In this document: positions 35,660 through 49,092 of the stretch, in pieces
Numbering within the stretch: position 1 is the stretch's first letter
Layout of the letters: the number at the start of each line of letters is the position of its first letter
Source: Chiloscyllium plagiosum
Taxonomy: Eukaryota
Direction: 5' to 3'
NCBI RefSeq assembly: GCF_004010195.1
Contig: NC_057725.1
Location: forward strand, 55,699,312-55,763,311
DNA length: 64,000 bases
Position numbers and translations under genes: made by a program
Notes under the pieces: model-generated
Database searches by the model: none
Told to the model about the DNA's origin: nothing
Seen by the model: only the letters and a program-made list of their open reading frames with translations

Positions 35660-35960
35660 CTGCGAAGTGACGTATAGGATCAGCATATTACGCTCCAAGC
35701 GCTATGTAAATACAAGTTGTTGTTGACTGAGAGGCGTTGCCAGGGGTGCGAACAGTGATTGGTGGAGAAGCGGCTGTCGGTCTGGGTGTACGGTGGAGCT
35801 GATTGGAAGAGGGGGGAGAGAGACCAGAAGAAAACAGGAGAGACGAGGAAGGAGGGGAGCAGAGAGGAGGCAGCTGGAAAATGTGAAGCGGAGCGGTTCC
35901 CAGTCTCGTCCTGCTGTGGGGGGGCGGGCGGGTGTACGCTGTTGTTTCATTTTGGGGGAG
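35660..35960 (+). promoter_or_regulatory. PNPLA2: PNPLA2 promoter and 5' UTR (CpG-rich)
   Basis: CRE-like TGACGTA near 35668, TATA-like TATGTAAATA near 35703, ATTGG boxes and a GC box GGGGCGGG near 35921; TSS not determinable. Confidence 0.55.
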
Positions 35961-36153
35961 ATGCTGCCTGCGGAAGACTCGGCCTCCTGGAGCATCTCGT
36001 TCGCCGGCTGCGGCTTCCTGGGCATTTACCACATCGGGGTGGCCAGCTGCCTGTGTGAACACGCTCCCCAGCTGGTCCACAACGCCAGCAACATCTACGG
36101 CGCATCGGCCGGAGCGCTGACAGCCTGTGCGCTGGTCAGCCGAGCCTGTCTCG
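35961..36153 (+). CDS. PNPLA2: Patatin-like phospholipase domain-containing 2 (ATGL), coding exon 1
   Basis: [18 protein letters not shown] (oxyanion loop) and GASAG nucleophile; donor G|GTAAGT at 36153/36154; directly downstream of RPLP2 as in tetrapods. Confidence 0.93.
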
Positions 36154-36260
36154 GTAAGTCCTCGCTTCCCCCCACCTCCAACCCAGCAAAAGGAAAATCC
36201 GCCCGAAGGCACCGGCGCTCTCACCCCCGAGAGCCAGTGCCCCGTAGGGAGGAAGATTCT

Positions 36261-36352
36261 CGATTAGAGTGGTGCTGGAAAAGCACAGCAGGTCAGGCAG
36301 AATCCGAAGAGTTGCTGCCTGAACTGCTGTGCTTTTCCAGCACAACTCTAAT
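36261..36352. mobile_element. Tiny fold-back Penelope-end element (family 1), hammerhead deleted
   Basis: ATTAGAGTGGTGCTGGAAAAGCACAGCAG..CTGCTGTGCTTTTCCAGCACAACTCTAAT inverted repeat. Confidence 0.75.
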
Positions 36353-36569
36353 AAGGAAGCTGTTCGGATAAGAGAGCAAAGCAATGCAACAACAACACCT
36401 GCTGAAGGTAGCACCTTTCATCAAGGCGGGTCACTTGCGACGTTCCTTTTGAAGCGGAGGCAGCTGTCATCTCTAGCAAACAATTAGCGCACAGTAAGAT
36501 CCCACAACCACCGGCTGCAGAAATGGCCCGATGATCCGCTCTGTCCATTTTGCTTTTTTTAAAAAAAAA

Positions 36570-36812
36570 ATTAGAATCCCTATAGTGTAGAAGCAGGCCC
36601 TTCGGCCCAACAAGTCCACACTGACCCTTTGCAGTGTAACCCACCCAGACCTATTCCCCTGTCAGTCTACAATGCGCCGAGCCACACATCCCTGAACACT
36701 ATAGGCAACTGAGCTTGGCCAATTCACCTAACCTGCACTCCACACAGTCACCCGAGCCTGGAATCGAACTTCGGTCCCTGGCGCAGTACTAACCACTGAG
36801 CCACCGTGCCGT
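36570..36812 (-). mobile_element. HE1-like V-SINE, internally deleted
   Basis: GGCACGGTGGCTCAGTGGTTAG head and CR1-like tail on the minus strand. Confidence 0.8.
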
Positions 36813-37624
36813 AGAGGCATTGGGGTGGACAAAATTAAACATTGTGTTGTTGAAGGAGGTGTGTTGGAGAGTTCTTTGGCTCTTTGACACTGTGAGATAT
36901 TTTTTCTAACTGCCCTTTGTGTATTGGGACCATATCTGTCTATTAATGCAAACGTGATTATGATAAGTAATGTTTACACTTAACAAATTGTTGAAATGTG
37001 TAGAATGATGGCTGTGAAGTTATAAGGCAACTTTAATGTCTTCATGATTTCCTTAATCAGGCTGAGGTTTGTTCTTATAGTTTACGTAAACACTAGCCAG
37101 TCAGCGACTTGTTGGGGCATTCAGCGAGATCTTGGATCTGTGTTTTGCCTGAGTCCAATTGCCCTGAACTCGCATACATCTTGATTGAGTTACAGATTTA
37201 TTACACTGTATCAACTCTAGTTTTGTAGCATATACATGATTTATGGTCTCATTAAATATAGCCAGTGTTATTATTGAGTTAGATCTGCAGAAGTGCAAAC
37301 TTAGAAGGCTGAAGTACTGTCACAGTGCAGAGAAATGTTGTTAATCAATTAGCTTAATATTACAACTAATAGGCAAGATGTAATGACTGGTCAGCTCGTG
37401 GGAAACAGATTTTCTCAAGTTCTGGATTCGTCACAGTAGCTATTGTGTTTGGGCCAGGAATGATCAACAGTCATTGATAGCATCATGGCTGCAGTGTTTC
37501 TTGCATGTTTTGTCTCGTTAAATGTAAATCTCTCTTTATGGTGGTAATTCATAAATGATTTATTGTGACAGTATTGATTATGGTTATTCAAGGGGATTGG
37601 AATAAAAAGGGAAAATAAGTTCTC

Positions 37625-38098
37625 TAGTTGTGAGTTTGCTCACTGAACTGGTAGGTTTGTTCTCAGATGTTTTGTCACCATGCTAGGTAACAACATCATC
37701 AGCAAAGCACTGGTGTTCTGTCCTGCTTTCTATTTCTGTGTCTTGGTCTGTTAAGGTGGGTGATATCATTTCCGGATCTTTTTCTCGGAACTTGGTAAAT
37801 GGGGTTCAAATCGATGTGTTTATTGATGGAGTTCCGGTTGGGATGCCACGCCTCTAGAAATTCCTGTGCGTGTCTTTGTTTAGCCTGCCCTAGGCTGGAT
37901 GTGTGTCCCAGTTGAAGTGGTGACCTTCTTTGTCTATGTGTATCCTTACATAAACAGAAAGTGGAACAGAACATCAGTGCTTCATCGGAGGCTCACTGAT
38001 GATGTTACCTAATGTGGTGTCTGAGAACAAACCTACCAGCTCAGCGAGCAAAGTTGCAACCTGAACCTCAATCCGAGTGACAAGTCTTCTGAAATCAC
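37625..38098 (-). mobile_element. Penelope-like element (family 4), EN C-terminus plus inverted end
   Basis: EFLEAWHPNRNSINKHIDLNPIY; opposed CTGATGATGTTACCTA motifs near 37700 (-) and 37996 (+). Confidence 0.85.
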
Positions 38099-39803
38099 AA
38101 CTTTGGTTCTCTGTTTCCGTTGTTCGTAGCCTTGGGCAGACCAAGGAGGCAGGTCTCCTTGCAGCATTCAATTTTAGCAAAACACATCAGGAAGGATGTC
38201 ATGACTTTAGGAATAGAGTGTAAGTGCACAAGCAAAATGGTATGGCATAAAGGTTTAAATTATTAAAAGAGATTGCATTAATGTGGCTTGAAGACTGAGT
38301 GGTGATCTAATCCACTACCTTCTCAAGGGTGATTAGGAATGGGTAATAAATGCTGGTCCAGCCAGTGACATTCATAGGCCATAAATGAATTAAAAAAAAG
38401 TCTTTACAATGTTAAGGGATTCAAGGGTCATATGGAGGTCATAAGGACTACAGACAGGAATAGACTACTTGCTCCTAACAATTTTCTCCACTATTCAACT
38501 AGACCATGTCTTCCACCAGAAATCTAACTTACTGCACTATTCTAGCCAAAACTTTTATTATTTTCTGTTTTGATGTTGCTCAACAACTGAACATTCATAG
38601 TGTTCTCAAACTGAGAAGTTCCAAGAAAATGGTCTTGGAGTTAAGACATTTTCAAAATTGTGATCCTAAATGGTTAACTCCTTTGTTCAGAGGCTGTAAT
38701 TGTGGTGGAGAAAATGTAGAGAGTTGTCAGGAGACGCAGAGAGTTCTTCAAGAAGTAGGTCTTTCATTTGCAAACAAAAACTGTGACACTGAGAAAGCAG
38801 ATTCTCGAATGCCCATGAACCTCCGGGTCCGTGGTTCTTTTTTTTTTATATCATGTTGAAAAGCTAACAAAAACATGTCCAACTATATTAATCAAAGTAC
38901 CTTATTCTAGCTACACAATAAACCAATGATGTTCATTCCCATTATCTCTTCAGTTGTACATTCTACTTAATGTTATTTCTAATGTCACAGTTAGATATTT
39001 ATTATCACCTCTGCTACAGTGATTTTCCATTCCAGACTAACCTGTCATGATTAGATATTTAGCTATTCCATCTATTACAATAGTCTCCTGTTTCAAGCTG
39101 AATCTACTAACTATTAATTAGATATTTAATGTCATGTCCCAAATATTTATGGTCCCAATCTTGTCATAATGACACTTAACAGGGAGACTACCTTTTCTAA
39201 CTGTTATCTCATCTCATCATAGTGACCTTTCAGCCTTAATCTTACTCTGCTAATTGGTGTTCTTACCCCATCCTGCCTTCCACAGACCACAGATTGCCAA
39301 TGGTCTTCATGTTTTAACCCTTCCCATGCTTTCATGCTCTTTAGTTTCCATATGATCCTGTGTTCCTGACCACAGAAATGCCAAAGAAATCCATTTCCTA
39401 TGGTGGAATCCTTAACAAGAGGACATAATCTTAAAAATTAAAGTTAGACCATTCAGGAGTGTAATCAGACAGCAATTTACACAAACAATGGAGATCTGCA
39501 AAAGACTGTAGTTGCTGGGTCTTTTTAACAGTTCAGGACAAGTTCAGCTTTTAAACAAAATAAGTTGATTTTATAAGGAATATGGATCAATGTGTGGGTA
39601 AATGATAAGGTGTGTTGACTCTTGACACTTTATATTGACCTTGACTGATAACTTAGTTATTCCACCATTGTCTTGTCCTTTATCCTGTTTTGGAAAAATA
39701 TCACTCGACCTTCTCATTTTCAACTTTTGTAAATGCTTTCAGTTCTCCACTTGTTCAGTGTTTTTAACAAACCTTTGATCGTTAGGGTACTGTATAATTA
39801 TAG

Positions 39804-40013
39804 CTGGAGATGTGTTGCTGGAAAAGCGCAGCAGGTCAGGCAGCATCCAGGGAACAGGAGAATCGACGTTTCGGGCATATGCCCTCCTTCAGGAAAGAAG
39901 GGCTTATGCCCGAAACGTCGATTCTCCTGTTCCCTGGATGCTGCCTGACCTGCGCTTTTCCAGCAACACATCTCCAGCTCTGATCTCCAGCATCTGCAGA
40001 CCTCACTTTCTCC
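39804..40013. mobile_element. Fold-back Penelope-like mini-element (family 1)
   Basis: Near-perfect inverted arms; 16-bp TSD TACTGTATAATTATAG at 39788-39803 and 40014-40029. Confidence 0.88.
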
Positions 40014-40638
40014 TACTGTATAATTATAGTGTGGCAGCATGTTCATTATCCATTATATTGCTAAAGGAAAACATATTTATACAGCACCTTCAATCTGTTT
40101 TAAAATGGTGAAGTGTAATCATTTGCAGGGTACAAAGCCATGGAGTCAACAGTGAATGAATGCTTTTGAGGAAATCCGTTTGCTTGGAATCATGTATTTA
40201 AATTTGCAGCATGTAGAAATCCTGTTAAGCTGTTTTCCAGACATATAATAAGGAATTTCTTAGTATGGCAATGTTTTTAGTCTGGCTCAAAATTAGTGGA
40301 CCTTTGCTGCGTAGAGGAAATTGAGAGACTGTTGATCTGTTTACAGAACTCTAACAAGGCCGTTTTATAACTTTTCCCTTATCATACGTATTCAGTACAA
40401 TTTAGCAATTCTGACAATTTTTAATAGTCAAAACATTTATATCAGATGTATTTCAGCATATTCAGCTAAATAAAAATGTAGATTAAATAACATTTTGTAA
40501 CTTGTGTATTGTCAGCTAGTGGCCAGCTGAATCATGAGCAAGGCGATTTTAGGTCCCATGACAAGAAAACACATTTTAAGTAGAGCATTTTCTCACTGGG
40601 GAAACTAGACCTGTGGGAAATTTCTTGAATGCGCCTCT

Positions 40639-40857
40639 TGAAATAACTCGGGTATCCCTTCACCAAGTCACCCTTTATTTACATCTGAACAATCCTTGAC
40701 TTTCGTACTGCCTCTTCAGAATTAGCTGTCAGAGTGTCAGTATTTCTGACACACCCCTTTTCATCCATCAGCCTGAATTAACGAGGTTAACAGCCCCAAT
40801 ATGAGGGAACTCCTATTCCATGATGCCCAGCAGGCTGACCTTGTTACAATCACTACA
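40639..40857 (-). mobile_element. Solo LTR (219 bp, probably Gypsy-type), unrelated to the ERV LTR
   Basis: TG..CA ends, minus-strand AATAAA near 40674, flanks CCTCT/CCTTT (5-bp TSD with one mismatch). Confidence 0.6.
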
Positions 40858-41816
40858 CCTTTATCATTTGTCCAAATGATGTGCTTTGAGGTCATTTTTG
40901 AAGCTATAGAAACTATGTAGGTCAGTGAAGGGAATTTACTATAAGGGAAAAGTAGCAGAGGCTGTGCTACTGATATGGAATGGTGAAACACAGTTGTTTT
41001 GCATTTGAAACAGGAGTCCTTGGAAAGGATGCATTTGTTGCATTAATAATTTTGACTCTGTGTAAGTGAATGGGTTTTGAGTGAGAAATATCTAGCTCCC
41101 TGAATATGGTGCTCTCACAATGGTGTTGAGTAGGGATTTTGAGATATTGTTAAAACAGCATCGCGTTGTAATTTACTGGATTAGATTGGACATACCCAAG
41201 GCATTATTGGGCTGATGCAAAAGGCCCAGTTGCATTGATAATTTGTTTGCATGAAGTGTGGCTAGCTCTGACACAGAAGTCTTGAGCATTACAGTCACAA
41301 TGTTATTGATATTCACAGTCATTCCAGGTGGCGTGACGTGAATAGAATGAATACTGACACTCATCATGATCAGGACTTCAGACGCATCCCAAACAGGATC
41401 AGATAATCCTGTATTATCACTTTAGCTTTACTAGTTCGCTTTCTGATTCAAACGTAGATCTGGGATGAGGTACTCTTATCTGAATGCCTTGTAGCTTTAC
41501 TTTTCTGCTCAAATACAGCGTTTGCAAGCTTATGGTTTTTGGCAGCACCTATATTTTTCAGTTTTGAATGGCTACCTGTAAAATTTGTTGTGCAGTTTGA
41601 TTCTTTGATCTCACAGGTATCTGCTAACTACATGATTGTATTCTCACTCTGAAACCAAACATGGGCAGTACTTCTTACAGGCACAAAGGTGCATTTTATT
41701 AAGATTTGTACCACAGTCTAAAATGCGTATTGAAGCACGGTTTCATTTGATTCAGTCATGAAATTGTTTAGAATGACCCTTATTGGTAAAGAATATAGTT
41801 TGCAAGCCTGGACCAC

Positions 41817-42270
41817 ATCATAGAGTCATACAGCATGGAAACACACTCTTTGGTCCAACTTGTGCACACCGACCAAATATCCAAAACTGATCCAGTCCCA
41901 TTTGCCAGCATTTGGTTCATATCCCTCTAAACACTTCCTATTCATATACCCATCCAGATTCTTTTTAAATGTTGCAATTGTACTGGCCTCCACCACTTCC
42001 TCTGGCAGCTCGTTCCATACACTCATCACCCACTGCATGAAAAGTTTCCAGCACCACACTCTTGACTCTAATCCCCAGCATCTGCAGTACTCTATTTTGC
42101 CTGAAAAGGTTACACCTCTGGTCCCTTTTAAATCTTTCCACTGTCACTTTAAACCTATGTCCTGTAGTTTTGGCCTCCCCTACCCCAGGGAAAAGACCTT
42201 GGCTATTCACCCTATCCATGCCCCTCATGATTTTAAATACCTCTATAAAGTCATCCCTCAGCTTCCAACA
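41817..42270 (-). mobile_element. CR1-like LINE 3' fragment with a small Penelope-end insert (about 42047-42100)
   Basis: LRDDFIEVFKIMRGMDRV..TTGH and VWNELPEEVVEA. Confidence 0.85.
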
Positions 42271-42549
42271 CACCTGTATGCAATCAAATTCTGGACTTTG
42301 TTTTCAACCATCTTTCAGCCACAGTTAGTGGTTATGCTTCTGCATGTCATGTTATGCTTCTGGATGTGGAATTTTCTCCCTAAACCTCATCTCCTCCATA
42401 ACTCTCACCATGTCTTCAAGAGGCAGTTTACAACCTACTCTTTGACTGACTTGTCTGAATTTCATTGTGTGATTCAGTCTCAAAATGTGTTTGATAATCA
42501 CTTTTGTGGAGCTCCTTTTGGCTGCAATATAGAAAAGGATTGTTGTTGA

Positions 42550-43067
42550 GAGTGTGGTGCTGGAAAAGCACACCAGATCAGGCAGCATCTGAGGAACAGG
42601 AGAAATGATGTTTCAGGCATAAACCCTTCATCAGAAATGAGGCTTGTGGCCTNNNNNNNNNNNNNNAACTGGTGAAATCCACATCGATCCTGTGTGATTG
42701 CAAGGTTCCAGTTTCCTCATTTTCCAGCCCCCCCCACATTTATCCCAGTCCCAAGCCTCCAACTCAGCACCTTTCCCATCTATCTGCTCTGCCCTCGCCC
42801 ACCCATCATCATCTTCCCAACCTTCATCTATCTATCGCATTCTCAGTGATGTTACTTCTTCCTCCCTCGCCCTCCTACCACATCCATCACCCTGCAACAC
42901 CCCGCCCCATTTATTTCAGGCTCCCAGCCCACAAGCCTGATTCCTGATGAAGGGCTTATATTCGAAACGTTGATTTTCCTGCTCCACAGATGCTTCCTGA
43001 CTACTGTGCTTTTCCAACACCATACCCTCAACTCTGATCTCCAGCATCTGCAATTCTCACTTTCTCC
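42550..43067. mobile_element. Fold-back Penelope-like element (family 1) containing a small N gap
   Basis: TSD TAGAAA(A/T)GGATTGTTGTTGA at 42530-42549 and 43068-43087; CTGATGA..GAAACGTT at 42944-42971. Confidence 0.8.
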
Positions 43068-43338
43068 TAGAAATGGATTGTTGTTGAATAATTGCTCTGT
43101 AAAAGGTGAAAGTCTCACAGAGCGTGGGGCATGCAAAGTGCATTGGGGCATTTTTCAGAGTAAACCTCCTGAGTAAATTTTTTTCTCATTCTGATTTTCA
43201 AAACAACTGTACCATCCAATTCCAGTTCAGTGGTACTCGCGATTATTGAACTGCTCTGGTTCTCCTGTCCCTCTCCTCCCATTTCACTAAGCATACTGCA
43301 ATCAATGAAGTTTGCTGCTTTGCTCTCTTTTTGAATTA

Positions 43339-43556
43339 CAGTCGGTTCTGATATAACGCGCGAGTTCTGTTCCTCTGCGATCCCGCGCTGTAAGAAAATC
43401 GCGTATTAGCAGTGCTGTTTAAGTAAAGGGGCCGGGATTGCGTTACAGCCAGTACAGGTAAGGAAAGTTTGTGTTCTACAAATAATGGTCTGAATTCTTC
43501 AATCGCATTACAGCCAATTTGGGTTGAGGAAACGTGCGTTATAGCAGAATCGACTA
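43339..43556. mobile_element. Tc1/mariner (Tigger/pogo-like) MITE
   Basis: 21-bp TIRs CAGTCGGTTCTGATATAACGC and GCGTTATAGCAGAATCGACTA; TA on the left flank. Confidence 0.8.
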
Positions 43557-44437
43557 ATATAGTTGCTATTTCTAATCTTAGTGGACCATCAGTAGTATCA
43601 GCTTAGGGAAGAGGGATTAAGCAGGCACTGAAATATAATCATTTCATTTGCTCATTTAGTTTTGCAGTGAGGGGATCTCTATGGTTGTACTTGGCTGTTT
43701 ATCCTATGGGCATTATAATGCATCCATGCAGCATTACAGATGTGACTACAAGTAAACTGCCAACCTGAGTAATGGTATGCCATAAAATTAGCAGGCATCA
43801 TGCAATCACTTGCTTTCTCTAGGTTTGATTGATTGCTTTCAAAATATTTAATTCCCCCCTCCCTCCTGTTCCCATGTGTTGCGTGGCCTGGTTCAGGCAT
43901 TCACTGTGTGCTGACTTTTAGAAACTAATTGTAGATGCTTTGACATTTTCTGTTTGACTTTGGTGACTCAGCAATTCTGACCTGGCTCTTGCCATTTATT
44001 CTGTCAAGTCCGGTTTCTATAATCCAAGAGAAACTGCATCAAAGAATTGTTATTCATCTTCAGACAAATGCATTTTGCAGCATAAACATGAGAGGATGGA
44101 TGTTTTGGAGATGCTAGATTTCTCAAATCCATGTCAAATCAGCCTTTGTTTTTTGTTGAACAAAGCATTTTTAAGTGATCATTGTTCATGCATGTTTCTG
44201 GAAAGAACTGGATAAATTGTCTACTGTTCACAATGCCCTCGTGATTCCATGCTTCCCAGTTATCTTACGAACCTGGGGAGATTTTCAGTCCCTGTACATT
44301 GCATCAAAAGTGAATTTTGTACTTTATCCACTGGGTCCAACAGACAAACAAAAAAGCAGCAAATTATTTTCTGAAGAGATCCATTTATCGGCCAATGCTA
44401 AATGACTTACAGATCTATGTTGTGTTGGTGTACACAA

Positions 44438-47110
44438 AGTCATAGAGATGTACAGCATGGAAACAGACCCTTTGGTCCAACTTGTGCATGCCAACCATTT
44501 GCCAGCATTTGGTCCATTTTCCTCTCAACCTTTCCTATTCATATACACATCCAGATGCCTTTTAAATGTTGTAATTGTACCAGCCTCCACCACTTCCTAT
44601 GGAAGCTCATTCCATACACGTACCACCTTTTGTGTGAAAATGTTGCCACTTGGGTCCCTTTTATATCTTTCCCCTCTAACCTTAAACCTATGTCCTCCAG
44701 CTCTGGACTCGTACACCCCAGGGAAACAAGTCTATTTATCCTATACATGCCGCTCATGATTTTATAAACCTCTGAGGTCACCCCTTAGCCTCCGATGTTC
44801 TAGGAAAAATAACCCCAAACGTTTCAGCCTCTCCCTATAGTTCAATCCTCCAACCCTGGCAACATCCTTGTAAATCTTTTCTGAACCCTTTCAAGTTTCA
44901 CAACATCTTTCCAATAGGAAGGAGACCAGAACTGCACACAATATTCCAAAAGTGGCCTAACGAATGTCCTGTACAGCCACAACATGACCTCCCACCTCCT
45001 ATACTCAATAATCTGACCAATGAAGGAAAGCATACCAAACAATGCCTTCACTATCCTATCTACCTTCGACTACTTTCAATGAACCTGCACTCCAAGGTCT
45101 CTTTGTTCAGCAGCACTACCCAGAACCTTACCATTAAGTGTGTAAATCCTGCTAAGATTTGCTTTCCAAAAATGCAGCACCTCACATTTATCTAAATTAA
45201 ACTCCATCTGCCACTCCTCAGCCCATTGGCCCATCGGACCAAGACCCCGTTGTACTGAGGTAACCCTCTTCGCTGTCCACTACACCTCCAATTTTGGTGT
45301 TATCTGCAAACTTGCCAACCATACCTGCTATGTTCACATCCAAATCATTTATGTAAATGTTGAAAAGTAGTGGACCGAGCACCAATGCTTGTGGCACACC
45401 ACTGGTCTCAGGCCTCCAGTCTGAAAAGCAACCCTCCACCACCACCCTCTGTCTTCTACCTTTGAGCCAGTTCTGTATCCAAATGGCGAGTTCTCCCTGT
45501 ATTCCATGAGATCTAACCTTGCTAATCAGTCTCCCAGGGGAAACCTTGTCGAATGTCTTACTGAAGTCCATATAGATCACATCTACCGCTCTGCCCTCCT
45601 CACTCCTCTTTTTACTTCTTCAAAAAACTCAATCAAGTTTGTGGGACATGATTTCCCACGCACAAAGCCATGTTGACTATCCCTAATCAGTCCTTGCCTT
45701 TCCAAATACATGTACATCCTGTCCCTCAGGATTCCCTCCAACAACTTGCCCACCACCGACTTCAGGCTCACCAGTCTAAAGTTCCCTGGCTTTTCCTTAC
45801 CACTTTTTTCTTAAATAATGGCACATGTTAGCCAACCTCCAGTCTTTCGGAACCTCGCCTGTAATTATCAACAATACAAATATCTCTGCAAAGGGCCCAG
45901 CAAATACCTCCCTAGCTTCCCACAGAGTTCTAGGGTACACCTGATCAGGTCCTGGGGGTTTATCCACTTTTATGTGTTTCAAGACATCCAGCACTCCTCC
46001 TCTGTAATATGGGCATTTTTCAAGATATCACCATCTATTTCCCCCCATTCTATATCTTCCATGTCCTTCTTCACAGTAAACACTGATACAAAATGCTCAT
46101 TTAGTATCTTCCTCATTTACTGCCATTCCATACAAAGGCTACCTTGCTGATCTTTGAGGGGCCCTATTCTCTCCCTAGTTACCCTTTTGTCCTTAATGCA
46201 TTTATAAAATCCCTTTGGATTCTCCTTAACGCAATTTGCCAAAACTATCTTATGTTCCCTTATTGCCCTCCTGATGTCTCTCCTACTACCTTTATACTCT
46301 TCTAAGGATTCATTTGATCTCTCCTGTCTATACCTGACATATGCTTCTTTTTTTTCTTAATCGACACCTCAATTTCTCTAGTCATCCAGCTTCCCCTACA
46401 CCTACCAGCCTTTCCTTTCATCCTAACAGAAATATACTGTCTCTGGGCTCTTGTTATCTCATTTCTGAAGGCTTCCCATTTTCCAGCCGGCCCTTTACCT
46501 GTTAACATCTGCCCCCAATCGGCTTTTGAAAGTTCTTGCCTAATACCGTCAAAATTGGCCTTCATCTAATTTAGAGCTTCAACTATTAGATCTGGTCTAT
46601 CCTTTTCCATCACTATTTTAAAACTAATAGAATTATGGTCGCTGGCCCCAAAATGCTCCCCCATTGACACCTCAGTCACCTGCCCTGCCTTATTTCCCAA
46701 GTGTAGGTCAAGGTTTGCACCTTCTCCAGTAGGTACATCCACATACTGAATCAGCAACTTTTCTTGTACCCTTTTATCAAATTCCTCTCCATCTAAACCC
46801 TTGACACTAGGGAAGTCCCAGTCTATGTTTGGAAAGTTAAAAATCCCCTACCATAACCACTCTAATATTTTTTCATATAACTGAAATCTCCTTACAAATT
46901 TGTTTCTCAAGTTCCCACTGACTATTAGGGAGTCTATAATACAATCCCAATAAGGTGATCATCCTTAATTCTCAGTTCCACCCAAATAACCTCCCTGGAT
47001 GTATTCCCAGGAATATCCTCCCTAAGTACAGCAGTATGCCTTTTAGAAAACTCCACTCCCCCTCTTCTGTTGCTATCCTTTCTATCCTTTGTATCCTGGA
47101 ACATTAATCT
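44438..47110 (-). mobile_element. CR1/HER1-like LINE, about 2.7 kb, ORF2 endonuclease to RT, disrupted
   Basis: HFGASDHNSI (APE endonuclease), PPGPDQVYPR, QHGFVRGKSC, YMDFSKTFDKV, GVPQALVLGPLLF, KFADNTK. Confidence 0.95.
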
Positions 47111-48854
47111 GTCTGTGTCGGAGTTTAAAAATAGAGACCAAGGGGAGTGTATCCATGCTGGATGACAATTTCACAGTCGGTTATTATTGGAATCAAGCTA
47201 GTTGGAGGCTTGTAAAGGTAGTAGCCATTTTGCAGATATAAACCTAGAAGCATAGGTGGCCAAACCAATTGATTTTGGAAGGTCGACTATCATCCTATTT
47301 TCAATAAGTGTATGAATGTAAGCGATTGGAATGAAATCTGATGCACTGTATTGACATTGGATGACACAGAACAGCTAAAGTTCATACAGCAAGCTCATGT
47401 TGATGAGATCACATGTATTAATCTGTTGATGGATTAATACCCTGCAATTCCACTGATTGACCCACTGGTTCTGGAATTTGGGCAGTTTGCCACTGTGGGT
47501 ACAACCCAAGGGCAGCAAGGAACATAATGTGCTACAAAGCATGATCATGCCCTGTGACCTGTCTCTGTAGTTTTGCAACCTCGGTGAGAAGGGGGTGGAT
47601 GAGGGAGGGGGAGGAATACATTTTCTTTAAAGAGAAGATTGAGCAGATAATGTGCAGTAAACCGTTCAGAATATCTGATTTACTGTTGCGCCTATGCTAG
47701 GCATTGCACTTATTGAAATGTATAGTCACTAGATACTATACTGGTTGGTTGAGGGCCAAGGTTTAGTGGAATTTTCAGTACTTCTAAGAATTGCAGTACA
47801 AAGAAAAAGTGTGGTACTGAATACTGAAGATGTTGCTAAATATTAAGCGTGGAAAAACAAGCAACATTCAGGATAACATTGCAGAAGATTTCACCTTTTG
47901 TGTTGTTTTGTATAAGTTCCTAGATATAGGAGTGTGCTGCCAATGAGGAAATCTGCAGCGATTGGATGTAACTTTAAATGATCTTTCTGCTCATTCATTC
48001 AACACCACCAGTGAGATAGATAAGAGCAAGTGCCTTGTAATCCATGCTCCAAACCAATTGCTTTATGACCACTAGGCTCAAGGGTAGCACACTGTCCTCA
48101 GCACCATTCTAAGACTAGAATACCCCCCCATAATTTGTTCATTCCAGTGTGATGAGAAGACATTGCTACTGAGCCCAGGGTGCTCTCTTTCAAATAACTT
48201 ATTCTATTGCCCCTTGGGCTGGATCTAAAGGATTCCCTAAAGTAAGTTAGGGAATTCTTCCTGGTCAACTAACATAACCAAAAGCAAAAGTTCTGGCTAA
48301 TGTATCTCCTTGCTACCTTTTGGATTTTGCTCCATGCAAATTGTTGTCACTGATGACCAACTAGCAGTAATTACTCTTTAGAAGTATTTGGCTGTAAAAT
48401 GCTTTGGGACATCAAAAACATCATGATTGTTTACAGGGAATTAATATTGATATCTGCCAAGGTTAGTGTAAAGAGGTCTTTGCCCATAAGTAGGAGGAGG
48501 CACCATAATGGTTCAGCTTTCTTCCAAGAACTTGCTCTTTCTGATGGGAACTCTGAGAGTTCTACCTTCTGGTAACTTCTAAAGAGCAAGAGAAGAAACT
48601 GCAATACTACTAAGTTCCAGCTTAATCATGTGTCAAAACGGATCAGACTATGAAAAGAGGCCAAGTGTCCCATAGAGCAGCCCATCTGTGAGTGAAAGGA
48701 AGAGGACTGTAATTGGTTCTGAGGCAGTAAATCATCACGTGCTAAAAAAAACATATGTAATGCCAACTGACAAATAGACACACAATTATTTAATGCCTTA
48801 TTTCATACTTGTGGCTGCTGGTCTTGTGTTCCTAATTAGGTACTGTGCTTGAGG

Positions 48855-49092
48855 TTAAAAACCAAAAAAACTGTGGATGCTGGAAGTCAGTAACAAACAG
48901 AAATTGCTGGAAAAGCTCTACAGGTCTGGCAGCATCTGTGGAAAGACATCAGAGTTAATGTTTTGGATCCAATGACCCTTCCTCAGAATGGAGATTTAAG
49001 GAAGAGTCATTGGACCTGAAACATTAACTCTGATTTCTCTCTCCAGATGCTGCCAGATCTTGAGTTTTTCCAGCAATTTCTGCTTTTGTTGC
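48855..49092. mobile_element. Fold-back Penelope-like element (family 3)
   Basis: Inverted arms with GAAGGGTCATTGGA(T/C)C.AAACATTAACTCTG; related pieces near 5030-5270, 50640-50790 and 60095-60250. Confidence 0.7.

Noticed and set aside
35793-36371. 192-aa ORF as an N-terminally extended single-exon PNPLA2
   Set aside because: Starts at a non-ATG codon; homology begins at ATG 35961 and ends at the donor at 36153
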